Origin: Elusimicrobiota bacterium
GTDB lineage: Bacteria; Elusimicrobiota; Elusimicrobia; UBA1565; JACRDR01
Reading direction: 5' to 3'
DNA length: 64,000 bases
Assembly (NCBI GenBank): GCA_016194745.1
Contig: JACQBA010000013.1
Span: 320,822-384,821 of the forward strand
Positions 17,469 through 26,235 of this stretch are shown one piece after another (positions within the stretch are counted from its first letter, which is position 1; each line of letters begins with the position of its first letter). The notes under the pieces are model-generated. The model made no database searches, was not told the origin of the DNA, and saw only the letters and a program-made list of their open reading frames with translations. The position numbers and the translations under genes are program-made.

Positions 17469-17518
17469 TTGACAGGAATGGCGCGTCATGCTACACTATG
17501 CTTACCAACCGGTCAGTA
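17469..17518 (+). promoter_or_regulatory. Sigma70-like promoter (TTGACA-17-TACACT) with downstream imperfect palindrome taccaaccggtcagta (candidate TetR operator)
   Basis: -35 TTGACA at 17469-17474, 17-nt spacer, -10 TACACT at 17492-17497. A 16-bp palindrome (12/16 symmetric) at 17503-17518 lies just upstream of the TetR ATG at 17526. Confidence 0.55.
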
Positions 17519-17525
17519 GGCGAAT

Positions 17526-18155
17526 ATGAAAGAGCGACAAAGCACCGTCACCACCAAAGAACGCATCCTCCGGGAAGCGGAGCACTTGATCCACCTTCGC
17601 GGGTTCAAGAGCACGAGCTTGGATGAAATCGCTCGACGCTGCAAGATGACCAAGGCGAATCTCCTCCATCACTACCGCTCGAAGGAAGATCTGGGGCTCG
17701 CGGTCTTGGATTTCAAGATGGACTGCTATCGCCGCAGCTGCCTCGCCCCCTTGTTCTCGGGCAATCCGGATCCCGCGGAGGCGGTGACCAAGCTCTTCGA
17801 CATGGCGTCCTGCTTCCACCGCAGCAACGGCTGCCGCGCGGGCTGCTTCATCGCCAACATCGCGCTCGAGATGAGCGATTCGAGCGAGCGCTTCCGCGAG
17901 CGCGCCGGACAGTTCTTTCAAGAATGGGCGGACCGCATCGAGGAGACGCTGCGACTCGGAGACGGACAAGCCACTCCAGAGTCCACGGCGTTGGCCGAGG
18001 CGATCCTCTCGATGTACGAGGGGGCCGTGATGCTGGCGCGCACCAAGCGCGATCCCTCGGTCTTTGATCGCGTCGGGAAGGTGGCGCTCGAGCTTTTGTC
18101 GGACTATCGGCGGCGCATCGCGCCCCGTGCGCAGGAAATCTCACACAGGAGGTGA
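17526..18155 (+). CDS. TetR/AcrR family transcriptional regulator
   Basis: N-terminal HTH TKERILREAEHLIHLRGFKSTSLDEIARRCKMTKANLLHHYRSKEDL. Confidence 0.85.
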   Translation: MKERQSTVTTKERILREAEHLIHLRGFKSTSLDEIARRCKMTKANLLHHYRSKEDLGLAVLDFKMDCYRRSCLAPLFSGNPDPAEAVTKLFDMASCFHRSNGCRAGCFIANIALEMSDSSERFRERAGQFFQEWADRIEETLRLGDGQATPESTALAEAILSMYEGAVMLARTKRDPSVFDRVGKVALELLSDYRRRIAPRAQEISHRR

Positions 18156-18210
18156 AACGTATGGGACCGAAGACTCCCTGTGGTTGCTAGCAGACGAACC
18201 GTAAGATCAC

Positions 18211-18250
18211 AGAGGGAGCCGTCCAAGGACGGCTCCCTCTGACTTTTTCC
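18211..18250 (+). terminator. Rho-independent terminator (agagggagccgtcc-aagg-acggctccctct + gacttttt)
   Basis: Perfect 13-bp inverted repeat followed by a T-tract, after the TetR stop. Confidence 0.7.
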
Positions 18251-18255
18251 TCAAA

Positions 18256-18831
18256 ATGTCGTACTCTATGGATTCCATGACCGCACAGCGGCCGGGTCTT
18301 CCGGCTATCGACCGATCCACCGTGGGCGTCGCGGCCGCCGTCGCCGCGATCGGCGTCTATCTGTACTTTCATCCCGCGAACATCGCTCCTCGCACCGCCG
18401 AAGGGCTCCCCGCGCCCGGGCTCGTTCTCACCGATCTCTCGGGGCAGAAGGCGGCTCTGGGAGACTACAAGGGCAAGGTCGTGCTTCTCGACTTCTGGGC
18501 TACGTGGTGCGACGCCTGCAAGGAAGAGATGCCCGACTTGAAGAAGCTATATGCCAAGCTCCACCCTCAAGGCCTCGAGTTCCTGGCCCCGTCGATGGAC
18601 GAGGACGGCAAGAAGGTGGTCGTTCCCTTCGTGGCCGAGAACTCGATCCCGTGGCGCGTGCTATTGGCCAGCGAGGAGTCCGTGCGCGCGTGGAGCATCT
18701 ACGGGCTTCCCACCAAATTTCTCATCGACCGGAACGGAGCCATCGCGCACAAGTACGTGGGCGCCGTGGACACGGCCGAAATCGAGCGCGACGCACAAAC
18801 ACTGCTGAAAAAGGAGAACACCGCATCATGA
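18256..18831 (+). CDS. TlpA/ResA-like periplasmic thiol-disulfide oxidoreductase
   Basis: TM anchor then thioredoxin domain with WATWCDACKEEMP (CxxC). Confidence 0.8.
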   Translation: MSYSMDSMTAQRPGLPAIDRSTVGVAAAVAAIGVYLYFHPANIAPRTAEGLPAPGLVLTDLSGQKAALGDYKGKVVLLDFWATWCDACKEEMPDLKKLYAKLHPQGLEFLAPSMDEDGKKVVVPFVAENSIPWRVLLASEESVRAWSIYGLPTKFLIDRNGAIAHKYVGAVDTAEIERDAQTLLKKENTAS

Positions 18832-19823
18832 CACGACACGTCCGATTGGCCGCGGCTGCCGCCGCGGTTTGGTTCGCCGCCATGTCCGTCGCCTCCGCGG
18901 CGGAGGTCGACAAGAAGGCCCTCTACCGCCACCTCAAGAAGGTGTTCTCCGCGCCTCCCGGCGTCGAGTTCGAGCTGAAGGACTTGAAGCCCTCCTCGCT
19001 GCCCGGCTTTCAGAGCGGCAAAGTCGAGATCCGGTTCAAGAGCCGGGTGCAGACCCAGCCCATCCAGATCTCCAACGACGGCCGCTACTACGTCATGAGC
19101 GAGGCGCTGACCCTCGGTGAATCCAAGGTGCCGGGCCTCATCTCGACGCCCGAGAGCGACACCGACGGCCCTCAGATCCACATCACGAAGGACGCGAAGA
19201 TGCTTATCATCGGCGAGGTCCGCGACCTCTCAGTCGATCCGGACGCCGCGAACCTCTCGAAGATCAACATCAAGAACTCGCCGAAGCTCGGCAAGGCCGG
19301 GGCGCCGCTCATGTTCGTCGAGTTCTCCGACCTTCAGTGCCCGTTCTGCGCGAGCGCCCACCAGGCGCTCGACAAGGAATTGGTGAAGGCCTACGGCGAC
19401 AAGATCGTGTGGGTGTACAAGCACTTCCCCCTCACGAACATCCATCCGTGGGCTTACAGCGCCGCGGTGGCCACTTCCTGCGCCTACAAGCAGAAGCCCG
19501 ACTCGGTGTGGAAGGTCACGGCCGGGTTCTACGAGAAGCAGGAAGAGACCAACCCCGGCAATATCAAGGAACGGGCGATGACGTTGGCCAAGGCCTCGGG
19601 GCTCGACGCGAAGAAGTTCGAGACTTGCTTCGACAAGCAGGAATCGAAGGACCAAGTCGAGGCCGACATCGCGGAGGCGAAGGCCCTGGGCGTCAATTCG
19701 ACGCCGACCTTCTACATCAACGGACGCCAGGCGTCGGGGTTCCGGGACTTCTCGACTCTTAAGGAAACGCTCGACGATATGCTCGCCGAGAAGACCGGGA
19801 AGGCCGAGGACAAGGGCAAGTAG
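18828..19823 (+). CDS. DsbA-family thiol:disulfide interchange protein with N-terminal extra domain (secreted)
   Basis: Signal peptide MTRHVRLAAAAAAVWFAAMSVASA. DsbA-like core LMFVEFSDLQCPFCASAH...TPTFYINGRQ. ATG at 18828 is preceded by aaggag and overlaps the TlpA stop. Confidence 0.75.
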   Translation: MTRHVRLAAAAAAVWFAAMSVASAAEVDKKALYRHLKKVFSAPPGVEFELKDLKPSSLPGFQSGKVEIRFKSRVQTQPIQISNDGRYYVMSEALTLGESKVPGLISTPESDTDGPQIHITKDAKMLIIGEVRDLSVDPDAANLSKINIKNSPKLGKAGAPLMFVEFSDLQCPFCASAHQALDKELVKAYGDKIVWVYKHFPLTNIHPWAYSAAVATSCAYKQKPDSVWKVTAGFYEKQEETNPGNIKERAMTLAKASGLDAKKFETCFDKQESKDQVEADIAEAKALGVNSTPTFYINGRQASGFRDFSTLKETLDDMLAEKTGKAEDKGK

Positions 19824-19851
19824 CCTCGGACGCTTCATCGACGGCCCGCAC

Positions 19852-19894
19852 GCGGCCGGGTCCTGCGAACGCGGGACCCGGCCGCGGCGTTTTA
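19852..19894 (+). terminator. Rho-independent terminator (gcggccgggtcc ... ggacccggccgc + ggcgtttt)
   Basis: Perfect 12-bp inverted repeat plus T-tract, after the dsbA-like stop. Confidence 0.7.
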
Positions 19895-19899
19895 CGTCG

Positions 19900-19945
19900 T
19901 TGACGCGGGGCCCGCAAAACTGCGATAATTTGAAATCGTATTTCA
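19900..19945 (+). promoter_or_regulatory. Promoter (TTGACG-18-GATAAT) overlapped by 15-bp palindrome TGAAATcgtATTTCA (candidate Zur/Fur box)
   Basis: -35 at 19900-19905 and -10 at 19924-19929. The palindrome at 19931-19945 with 6-bp perfect arms sits between the -10 and the zupT ATG (19951). The regulator zur is the next gene. Confidence 0.5.
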
Positions 19946-19950
19946 ATTTC

Positions 19951-20757
19951 ATGAACGCCCTTCTCTCTCACGTCCCGACTCAAGTCCTCCTCGGCATCAT
20001 CGCCGGAGGGACGATCTTCCTAGGGCTGCCGATCGCGCTCCTGCCGGACATCTCCAGCCGAGCCAAGGGATTCCTCAACGCGATGTCGACGGGCATCCTC
20101 GTGTTCCTCCTCGTCGAGATCGTCGGGAAGGTCCTCGAGCAGCTGGAGGAGCTGTTCCAGTCCGCGTCCCACGGCTATCCCACGCTTCCCGACGCCCTGA
20201 CGTTCAGTTCGCTCCTCATCGTCGGGCTCGCGTTGGGCCTGCTCGGCATGGTGTACTTCGAGCAGGCCTATATCCGCGGCGGCAAGGACAAGACGCCGAC
20301 GCGGTCGAAGGCGCTCCAGGTCTCCATGATGATCGCCATCGGCATCGGGCTGCATAATCTGACCGAAGGCATGGCCATCGCCCAAGCCTACTCCTGGGGC
20401 GACCAGCGCCTGGCGCTTTTCCTCGCCATCGGCTTCGGCCTGCATAACGCGACCGAGGGATTCGGGATCGCCGCGCCGCTCTCCGGACAGCAGACGTACT
20501 GGAGCCGTCTTTGCTGGATGGGCCTCATCGGGGGAGGGCCGACGTTTCTCGGGACGATCGTCGGAAGCTATTGGCAATCGGACCCGTTCCGCATGTTCAC
20601 CTTCGGCCTGGCGGCCGGCGCGATCCTCTACATCGTGGGCGAGCTTCTCCATATCGGCAGGAGCCTCAAAGGAGAGGCGGTCGTCGAGATCGGACTTCTG
20701 GCCGGGTTCACGCTGGCGTTCGCCACCGAGATGTTCCTCGCGATGAACGGCGCATGA
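19951..20757 (+). CDS. zupT: ZIP family zinc transporter (ZupT-like)
   Basis: 8 TM segments with two HNxxEG motifs (GIGLHNLTEGMAIAQA, GFGLHNATEGFGIAAP). Confidence 0.8.
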   Translation: MNALLSHVPTQVLLGIIAGGTIFLGLPIALLPDISSRAKGFLNAMSTGILVFLLVEIVGKVLEQLEELFQSASHGYPTLPDALTFSSLLIVGLALGLLGMVYFEQAYIRGGKDKTPTRSKALQVSMMIAIGIGLHNLTEGMAIAQAYSWGDQRLALFLAIGFGLHNATEGFGIAAPLSGQQTYWSRLCWMGLIGGGPTFLGTIVGSYWQSDPFRMFTFGLAAGAILYIVGELLHIGRSLKGEAVVEIGLLAGFTLAFATEMFLAMNGA

Positions 20758-21236
20758 CCGCGGAAGAGCTGGAGTTTTTCCCCGCGGCCTCCCAAGGGGG
20801 CCCCGACTACGGCGAACGCATCCGAGCGGTGTTCGAGAAGCACCTGGTCAAGCAGGGCCTCAACCTGACGAAACAGCGCCTGCGCATCCTCGACTTCCTC
20901 ATCGCGGCGAAGCGCCATCTGGAACTCGACGAGATATACCTCGCGCTGCGCAAGCACGGGATCGGCCGGGCGACGGTGTTCCGCAGCCTGAAGCTCCTCG
21001 AGGAGTGCGGCCTCGTAGATCACGTCACCACCACGAAAGGCGCCTCGCGCTTCGAGATCAAGCTGGAGCGGCCGCACCACGACCATCTCATCTGCGTCGA
21101 GTGCGGGAACATTCAGGAGGTCCGCTGGCCGCAGCTCGAGAAGATCCAGGAAGAAACCTGCCGCAAGCTCGGCTTCGCCCCGACGTGGCACCGCCACGAG
21201 ATCTTCGGACGCTGCCGCCGCTGCGCGAAGGCGTAG
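20754..21236 (+). CDS. zur: Fur-family metalloregulator, likely Zur
   Basis: Winged-helix N-terminus, HHDHLICVECG and C-terminal CxxC (CRRCAKA). ATG overlaps the zupT stop (ATGA). Confidence 0.8.
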   Translation: MTAEELEFFPAASQGGPDYGERIRAVFEKHLVKQGLNLTKQRLRILDFLIAAKRHLELDEIYLALRKHGIGRATVFRSLKLLEECGLVDHVTTTKGASRFEIKLERPHHDHLICVECGNIQEVRWPQLEKIQEETCRKLGFAPTWHRHEIFGRCRRCAKA

Positions 21237-21290
21237 CTCTGCATCGAGCGTCCTAGGCGTCCCCCGTCGATATAGGTATAATCCTCCCCC

Positions 21291-22517
21291 ATGTCCACCC
21301 ACTCCTCGACGGCGGCGAAGGCGAGCTGGGTCCCCGTCTGGCTCGCGGCCGCCGCGTGCCTCCAGTGGCTCCTCGTTCACGCGTTCACTCGCCACCTGGA
21401 GATTCCCTGGGTCCCGCTGCTCCCCGGAGTGGCGATCATCGGCGCCGCCTTCCTCGTGACGTGGGCGGCGGAAGCCGCCGAAGTCGAGTTGCCGCAAAGC
21501 CTCTCCATCGCGATCGTTGCCCTGATCGCCGTGCTGCCCGAGTACGCGGTCGACATCTATTTCGCCTGGTCCGCCGGCAAGAACCCGGTGTACACCTCTT
21601 ATGCCGCCGCGAACATGACCGGGGCCAACCGCCTCCTGATCGGCGTCGGCTGGCCGGCCGTCCTGCTGGCGGCCTGGTGGGCGCGCGGGACGAAGGACAT
21701 CCGGCTCTCCAAGCGCAACGCCGTCGAGCTCGTGACGCTGCTCGCCGCGACGCTCTACTCGTTCTATCTGCCGATCAAGGGGACGCTCTCGCTCGTGGAC
21801 ACCGCCGTGTTCCTGACGCTGTTCGCGGTCTACGGCTGGCTCTCCTCCCGCGCGGAGGTGGAGGCGCCGCACTTGGAAGGCATCGCCTTGCGCATCGCCG
21901 AGATGCAGAAGGGGCCGCGCCGCATGGCGATCGGCGGGCTCATGGTCTACGCCGCCGCGACGATCATGTTCGCCGCTGAGCCGTTCGCCGAAGGCATCCT
22001 CACCGCCGGGCGCGCGCTGCGCATCGAGGAGTTCCTGCTCGTCCAATGGCTCGCGCCGCTCGCGTCCGAAGCCCCCGAATTCATCATCGCCATGCTCTTC
22101 GCCATGAAGGGAAAGGCGGCGGTGGGCATGCGCGCGCTCGTCTCCTCGAAGGTCAATCAATGGACGATGCTGATCGGCATGCTCCCGGTCGCGTACAACC
22201 TCTCGGCCGGGCATCTTCACGGGATGCCGCTCGACACGCGGCAGGCGGAGGAATTCTTTCTCACCTCGGCGCAATCGCTCTTCGGGATGGTTCTCCTGAT
22301 GAACCTCGAGTTCACGTGGTGGGAGGCCGTCGCGCTCCTGGCCTTATTCTCCGGCCAGCTGTCCCTGCAGATCGGCCTGTCGCACGCCCATATGCACACG
22401 CACGCCCGCTACGGCTTCGCGGCCGGCTACATCGCGCTGTCGGTGGTCATTTTCATCGCGCAGGGCAGCCGCAGAAGCAACCTGCGCTCGCTGCTTGTCG
22501 AAGCCTTCCGGCGCTGA
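21291..22517 (+). CDS. CaCA family cation/Ca2+ antiporter (YrbG/Na-Ca exchanger-like)
   Basis: Polytopic membrane protein with two internal repeats carrying exchanger alpha-repeat-like GxxxxExP/SEAPEF motifs (LAPLASEAPEFIIAM). Confidence 0.55.
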   Translation: MSTHSSTAAKASWVPVWLAAAACLQWLLVHAFTRHLEIPWVPLLPGVAIIGAAFLVTWAAEAAEVELPQSLSIAIVALIAVLPEYAVDIYFAWSAGKNPVYTSYAAANMTGANRLLIGVGWPAVLLAAWWARGTKDIRLSKRNAVELVTLLAATLYSFYLPIKGTLSLVDTAVFLTLFAVYGWLSSRAEVEAPHLEGIALRIAEMQKGPRRMAIGGLMVYAAATIMFAAEPFAEGILTAGRALRIEEFLLVQWLAPLASEAPEFIIAMLFAMKGKAAVGMRALVSSKVNQWTMLIGMLPVAYNLSAGHLHGMPLDTRQAEEFFLTSAQSLFGMVLLMNLEFTWWEAVALLALFSGQLSLQIGLSHAHMHTHARYGFAAGYIALSVVIFIAQGSRRSNLRSLLVEAFRR

Positions 22518-22520
22518 GCC

Positions 22521-23069
22521 TCAGCTGAAGGACACTTTCGGGACCGCCTTCTCGCCCTCGCCGGCCTGGAAGAACTCCGCCGCGGAGAACCCGAAGGGGC
22601 CGGCCACGAGCCTTCCGGGGAAAACCTCCAGGCTGGTGTTGTAGTCCCTCACCACGGCGTTGTAGAAGCGCCGGGCGTTTTGCAGATCGTTCTCGATATC
22701 CTCTAGGCTCTTCTGCAGCCCGAGGAAGTTCTGGTTGGCCTTGAGGTCGGGATACGCCTCCGCGAGCGCGAAGACCGACTTGAGCGCCTGGGCGAGCCCC
22801 GCCTCCGCCTCGCCGCGGGCCGCCGGCGACGTCGCGGTCATCGTCTGACCGCGAAGCCGGACGACGCTCTCGAGGGCCCCCTTCTCGTGCGACGCGTAGC
22901 CCTTGACGGTCTCAACGAGGTTCGGGATCAAGTCGTACCGGCGCTTGAGCTGGGCGTCGATGTCCGCCCAAGCGGATTTGCTGCGCACGCGCAGCGTGGC
23001 CATGTTATTGAAGACTCCGATCGCCCAAATCGCCGCCACGACCGCGACACCAAGGAAAACCCACATCAT
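22521..23069 (-). CDS. lemA: LemA family protein
   Basis: N-terminal TM plus LemA domain (NNMATLRVRSKSAWADIDAQLKRRYDLIPNLVETVKGYASHE...RRFYNAVVRDYNT). Confidence 0.85.
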   Translation of the reverse strand: MMWVFLGVAVVAAIWAIGVFNNMATLRVRSKSAWADIDAQLKRRYDLIPNLVETVKGYASHEKGALESVVRLRGQTMTATSPAARGEAEAGLAQALKSVFALAEAYPDLKANQNFLGLQKSLEDIENDLQNARRFYNAVVRDYNTSLEVFPGRLVAGPFGFSAAEFFQAGEGEKAVPKVSFS

Positions 23070-23085
23070 ATGCGCCTCCTATCCG

Positions 23086-25008
23086 TCACCAGCCTCCGCC
23101 TCCCCCTCCGCCGCCGCCGCCGCCCGACGAGCCGCCGCCCCCGCCGCCGAAGCTCGAGCCCGAGCTCTCGCCCGGAGCCGTCGACGACGACGAGATGGCG
23201 CTCGAGACCGAGTCGCCGATGTGAGAGCAGAAGGACGGCGAGCCGTAGCTGTCCCAGCGGCGGCCCGAATACCACGCGGGCTGATACGGCTGCCCGTCCT
23301 GCCCGGCTTTCGCCAGCACGTCCGCGAAGCGCTCCGCCCATTGATGCTCCACGTCGAGCGCGAGCGCGTACGGCAGATACTTCTCGAACATCGCGGGCGT
23401 CCGGTCGACGGGATACAGGACGTTCAGCCGGTCCTTCTCCGTCGCGGCCAAGAACATCTTGAAGCCCTCGATCTTGTCCATCAGGGCGCGCCCGGCCAGC
23501 GTCGGTGCCTTCAGGAGATGGTAGAAAAGATAGTTCATCGCGGCGAGGGCCACCGCGAACAGGGGCAGCGAAATCCCGACTGGGCCCATCACGAAGAAGA
23601 CGACGGCCGCCTCGCCCAGCGTGAACGGGACGAAGAACAACGAGAGGAAGAGGAGCTTCGCGTAGTCCCCCGCGGCGCCTGTCGCGGAGGCGTGGCTCCA
23701 CTGAAGCATCACGGTACGTCCGAGTGCGGCGACTCCCAAGGTCCACCCCGTGAGCACGACGCACACCATCAGGGCCGCCGGGGTCTCCTGCGCCTCGGTG
23801 GCGAGCGCGGTCAAGAGCAGCCCCGCGATCGACATGACGAGCCCTCCGGCGAAGTAATGGATATTGGTGATGAAATAGAGCGTCTCGTTCCTGGACTTCA
23901 GGATCTGCTCGAGCCCCGAGACAGCCATGGCGATCGGGGCGTGGTTCGACTGTTTGAGAACGATCGAGTCGCGGCCCGCGAAGAGGGAGGAGGCGATCGC
24001 CTTTTCCTCGTCGTTGAGCACGCCGTAGTCTCCGACCTTGGTCAGCGTGTACTCGCGGCTGCTTTCCTCCATCTTGAGGAAGCCCTTCACGGCCATGTTG
24101 ATGAGCGTGGCGCCGAAGATTTTTTCGTCGTAGCCCATCTGTGAGATGAAGCGGGAGCTCCCCGGCGACACGCCCTTGGGGGGTTCGTATATGGCCATGA
24201 TGCTCCCCGCCTCGGGGTCCTTCCCGAACTTGGACCATACGAGCACGTAATAGCCGAACACGAGCAGCACCGTCGCGGCGCCGGCGAGCGCGCCGCGGTT
24301 GTCCTTGAAAAAGTAGCGCGCTTTGTCGGCGAGGGGCGGCGGCGTGACGAACCCCTTGGGCCACGCGACGACGATCGTCATGCCTTCCGCGGGGCCGAGC
24401 GGGCGCGTCGTCTTGAACACGGGATGGCCGGCCTCGTCCGCGTCGAGGGCATAGGCCTGGTTCTTCGAGCCTTGGACGCCGGTATAGGCGTTTTTCTCCA
24501 AGAGCTTTTCCCCCGGAACGGGCACCTCCACGATCGCGACGGCTTCGTCGATCGTGAACATCCAGCCGTTGCCGGTCGCGTTCCAGTACAGCTCGTCGTG
24601 GTCCTTGAAGAACCCGAGCTGCCGGCTCGTCTCGTAGCCGAGCGTGTACATGTACTCGCCCGGCTGGAGCAGCACGTCCTTGCTCCCGATATAGACGCGT
24701 TCGCCGTTGCCGCGATGCTCGACGCGGTAGGGTTCCGGCGCCTCGTTCTTCTTCACATCGGCGACCCGGAACTCCACGTTGTAGTGGTGGCCGAGCCGGT
24801 CCTTATAGCTCGTGGGAAAGTCCCGGTAAATGCCGCGCTTGATCGCGCGGCCGGCGGCCCGGACCTTGATCGTCTCTTGGACGAACATCGAGCCGTCCGG
24901 GCGCACGGAGATGCGGCTCTCGAACTTGAGGATGCGCTCGTCCTGGGCGCGCGCGGGCGCCGCCCAGAGCAGCGCGAGAACGACCGCGGCCGCCTTCATC
25001 ATGCGCAC
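23086..25008 (-). CDS. DUF2207-family membrane protein (LemA partner) with C-terminal poly-Gly/Ser tail
   Basis: Signal peptide, large extracytoplasmic domain, 3-4 TM segments, C-terminal GSSFGGGGGGSSGGGGGGGGGGGW. Conserved LemA-DUF2207 gene pair. Confidence 0.7.
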   Translation of the reverse strand: MRMMKAAAVVLALLWAAPARAQDERILKFESRISVRPDGSMFVQETIKVRAAGRAIKRGIYRDFPTSYKDRLGHHYNVEFRVADVKKNEAPEPYRVEHRGNGERVYIGSKDVLLQPGEYMYTLGYETSRQLGFFKDHDELYWNATGNGWMFTIDEAVAIVEVPVPGEKLLEKNAYTGVQGSKNQAYALDADEAGHPVFKTTRPLGPAEGMTIVVAWPKGFVTPPPLADKARYFFKDNRGALAGAATVLLVFGYYVLVWSKFGKDPEAGSIMAIYEPPKGVSPGSSRFISQMGYDEKIFGATLINMAVKGFLKMEESSREYTLTKVGDYGVLNDEEKAIASSLFAGRDSIVLKQSNHAPIAMAVSGLEQILKSRNETLYFITNIHYFAGGLVMSIAGLLLTALATEAQETPAALMVCVVLTGWTLGVAALGRTVMLQWSHASATGAAGDYAKLLFLSLFFVPFTLGEAAVVFFVMGPVGISLPLFAVALAAMNYLFYHLLKAPTLAGRALMDKIEGFKMFLAATEKDRLNVLYPVDRTPAMFEKYLPYALALDVEHQWAERFADVLAKAGQDGQPYQPAWYSGRRWDSYGSPSFCSHIGDSVSSAISSSSTAPGESSGSSFGGGGGGSSGGGGGGGGGGGW

Positions 25009-25050
25009 GCAGTGTATCGGCGGGCCGGACGGTTGTCAAGAACGGCGCGC

Positions 25051-26025
25051 TCAGCGCGCGAACGGCGTGAAGGTGGCGGAGACGCCGAGCGTCGCGAGGA
25101 GCCGGCAGAACGTCCCGGCTTGCCTCAGCTTCTCCGCGTACTCGGCGCGGAGCGCGGCGCCGTCGCCGGCGAGATGGCGATCGAAGGCGTCCTTGGAATA
25201 GGGCGCGCGCAGCGACAGCGACGCTTCGCCCCACCCGTTCAAGAGCTCCGCGACGGCCGGCGCCCTCAACAGGTTCTCATAGAGCTGCTTGCCCCTCGCG
25301 TGCCGGCCGGTCTGCAAGTCGCGGGCCGTCGGAGAGACGGCCGCCTCGTAGATCTGTCCGTATTGATTGAGGTCCTGGACGCCGCGCGACGCCTTCGCCC
25401 GGTCCGAGGCCCAGTACGTCCAGTAGCCCGCGGGCGTGAGAACGATGGCCACGGTCCGCCGCGGTCCGTCTCCATGGTAGCGGCCGTCCTGCGCCACGAT
25501 CTGCAGGTCCCATAAGCTCGGCGGCGTCATGCCGAAAGCGGGAACGGCTCCCCGCGACGCTTCCTCGATCTGGCGCTGAAAATCGGCGGGCGACAGGCGC
25601 CGCCGGGCGACCGCGGCCGCGTCGTTGAACATGATCTCGTCGCCTTGATAGGCGGCGTCCGCGAAGACGCGGAGGCGGTTCAGAGGGTGCGTGTGGACGA
25701 CCGCGAGCTCCGCCGCATCGGGGTCGGCCGATGCCTCGTCCACCTTCTCGGGCGCGACGTGCGCCTCGGCCTCTCCGCCCTCGGACAACAGCGTGACGCG
25801 GCAGGTACCGTCCCGCATCTCCTTCTGGATGAAGCCGACCTCGTTGCGCTCGACCGACGCGATCTTCGAATATTCGTCGGCGAGCGCCTCGACGCAAGGT
25901 ACGGCGGGACCGAGGCGGCCTTTTTCCAGGATCCGCCGCATCACCGGGTGGTTCTCCGAGACCGCGGGCTCCGCCGCGCGCGCGAAAGACGCGGGCAGGA
26001 TCGCGGCGAGCATCAGGGCGCGCAT
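25051..26025 (-). CDS. Hypothetical secreted protein
   Basis: Start chosen at MRALMLAAILPASFARAAEP (signal peptide). The upstream part of the track ORF would overlap the tRNA. Confidence 0.45.
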   Translation of the reverse strand: MRALMLAAILPASFARAAEPAVSENHPVMRRILEKGRLGPAVPCVEALADEYSKIASVERNEVGFIQKEMRDGTCRVTLLSEGGEAEAHVAPEKVDEASADPDAAELAVVHTHPLNRLRVFADAAYQGDEIMFNDAAAVARRRLSPADFQRQIEEASRGAVPAFGMTPPSLWDLQIVAQDGRYHGDGPRRTVAIVLTPAGYWTYWASDRAKASRGVQDLNQYGQIYEAAVSPTARDLQTGRHARGKQLYENLLRAPAVAELLNGWGEASLSLRAPYSKDAFDRHLAGDGAALRAEYAEKLRQAGTFCRLLATLGVSATFTPFAR

Positions 26026-26163
26026 CCCGAAAGCATGCCAGCGCCCTCGAGGGAAGACCAGGGTCGGAGGGCCCAGCGCGGTGCTGGCCCTAACGGCGCA
26101 CGGAGGGCTAATTGAGCGCCCGACGGAATTTTGATAGGATACGTTCCTAGACGTCCTTCCAAC

Positions 26164-26235
26164 GCGCCCGTAGCTCAATGGATAGAGTACTAGCCTGCGA
26201 AGCTAGGTATATAGGTTCGATTCCTATCGGGCGCA
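26164..26235 (+). tRNA. tRNA-Arg, anticodon apparently GCG (no encoded CCA)
   Basis: Acceptor stem GCGCCCG/CGGGCGC (same as E. coli tRNA-Arg), D-arm GCTCAATGGATAGAGT, anticodon arm CTAGC-CTGCGAA-GCTAG, T-arm ATAGG-TTCGATT-CCTAT. Confidence 0.75.

Noticed and set aside
20628-22274. 548-aa minus-strand ORF spanning zur and the CaCA antiporter gene
   Set aside because: Shadow ORF. The plus strand encodes a textbook Fur-family protein and a polytopic transporter.
22903-24144. 413-aa plus-strand ORF and 23066..24364 minus ORF overlapping the DUF2207 gene
   Set aside because: Alternative frames of a GC-rich region; only the 23086..25008 frame gives signal peptide plus TM plus Gly tail.
26164-26235. 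Possibility that the tRNA-Arg is on the minus strand or is a pseudogene
   Set aside because: The T-loop GGTTCGATTCC and the D-loop are canonical only in the plus orientation, and all four stems pair. It is retained as a functional tRNA, but the anticodon call is flagged for verification.
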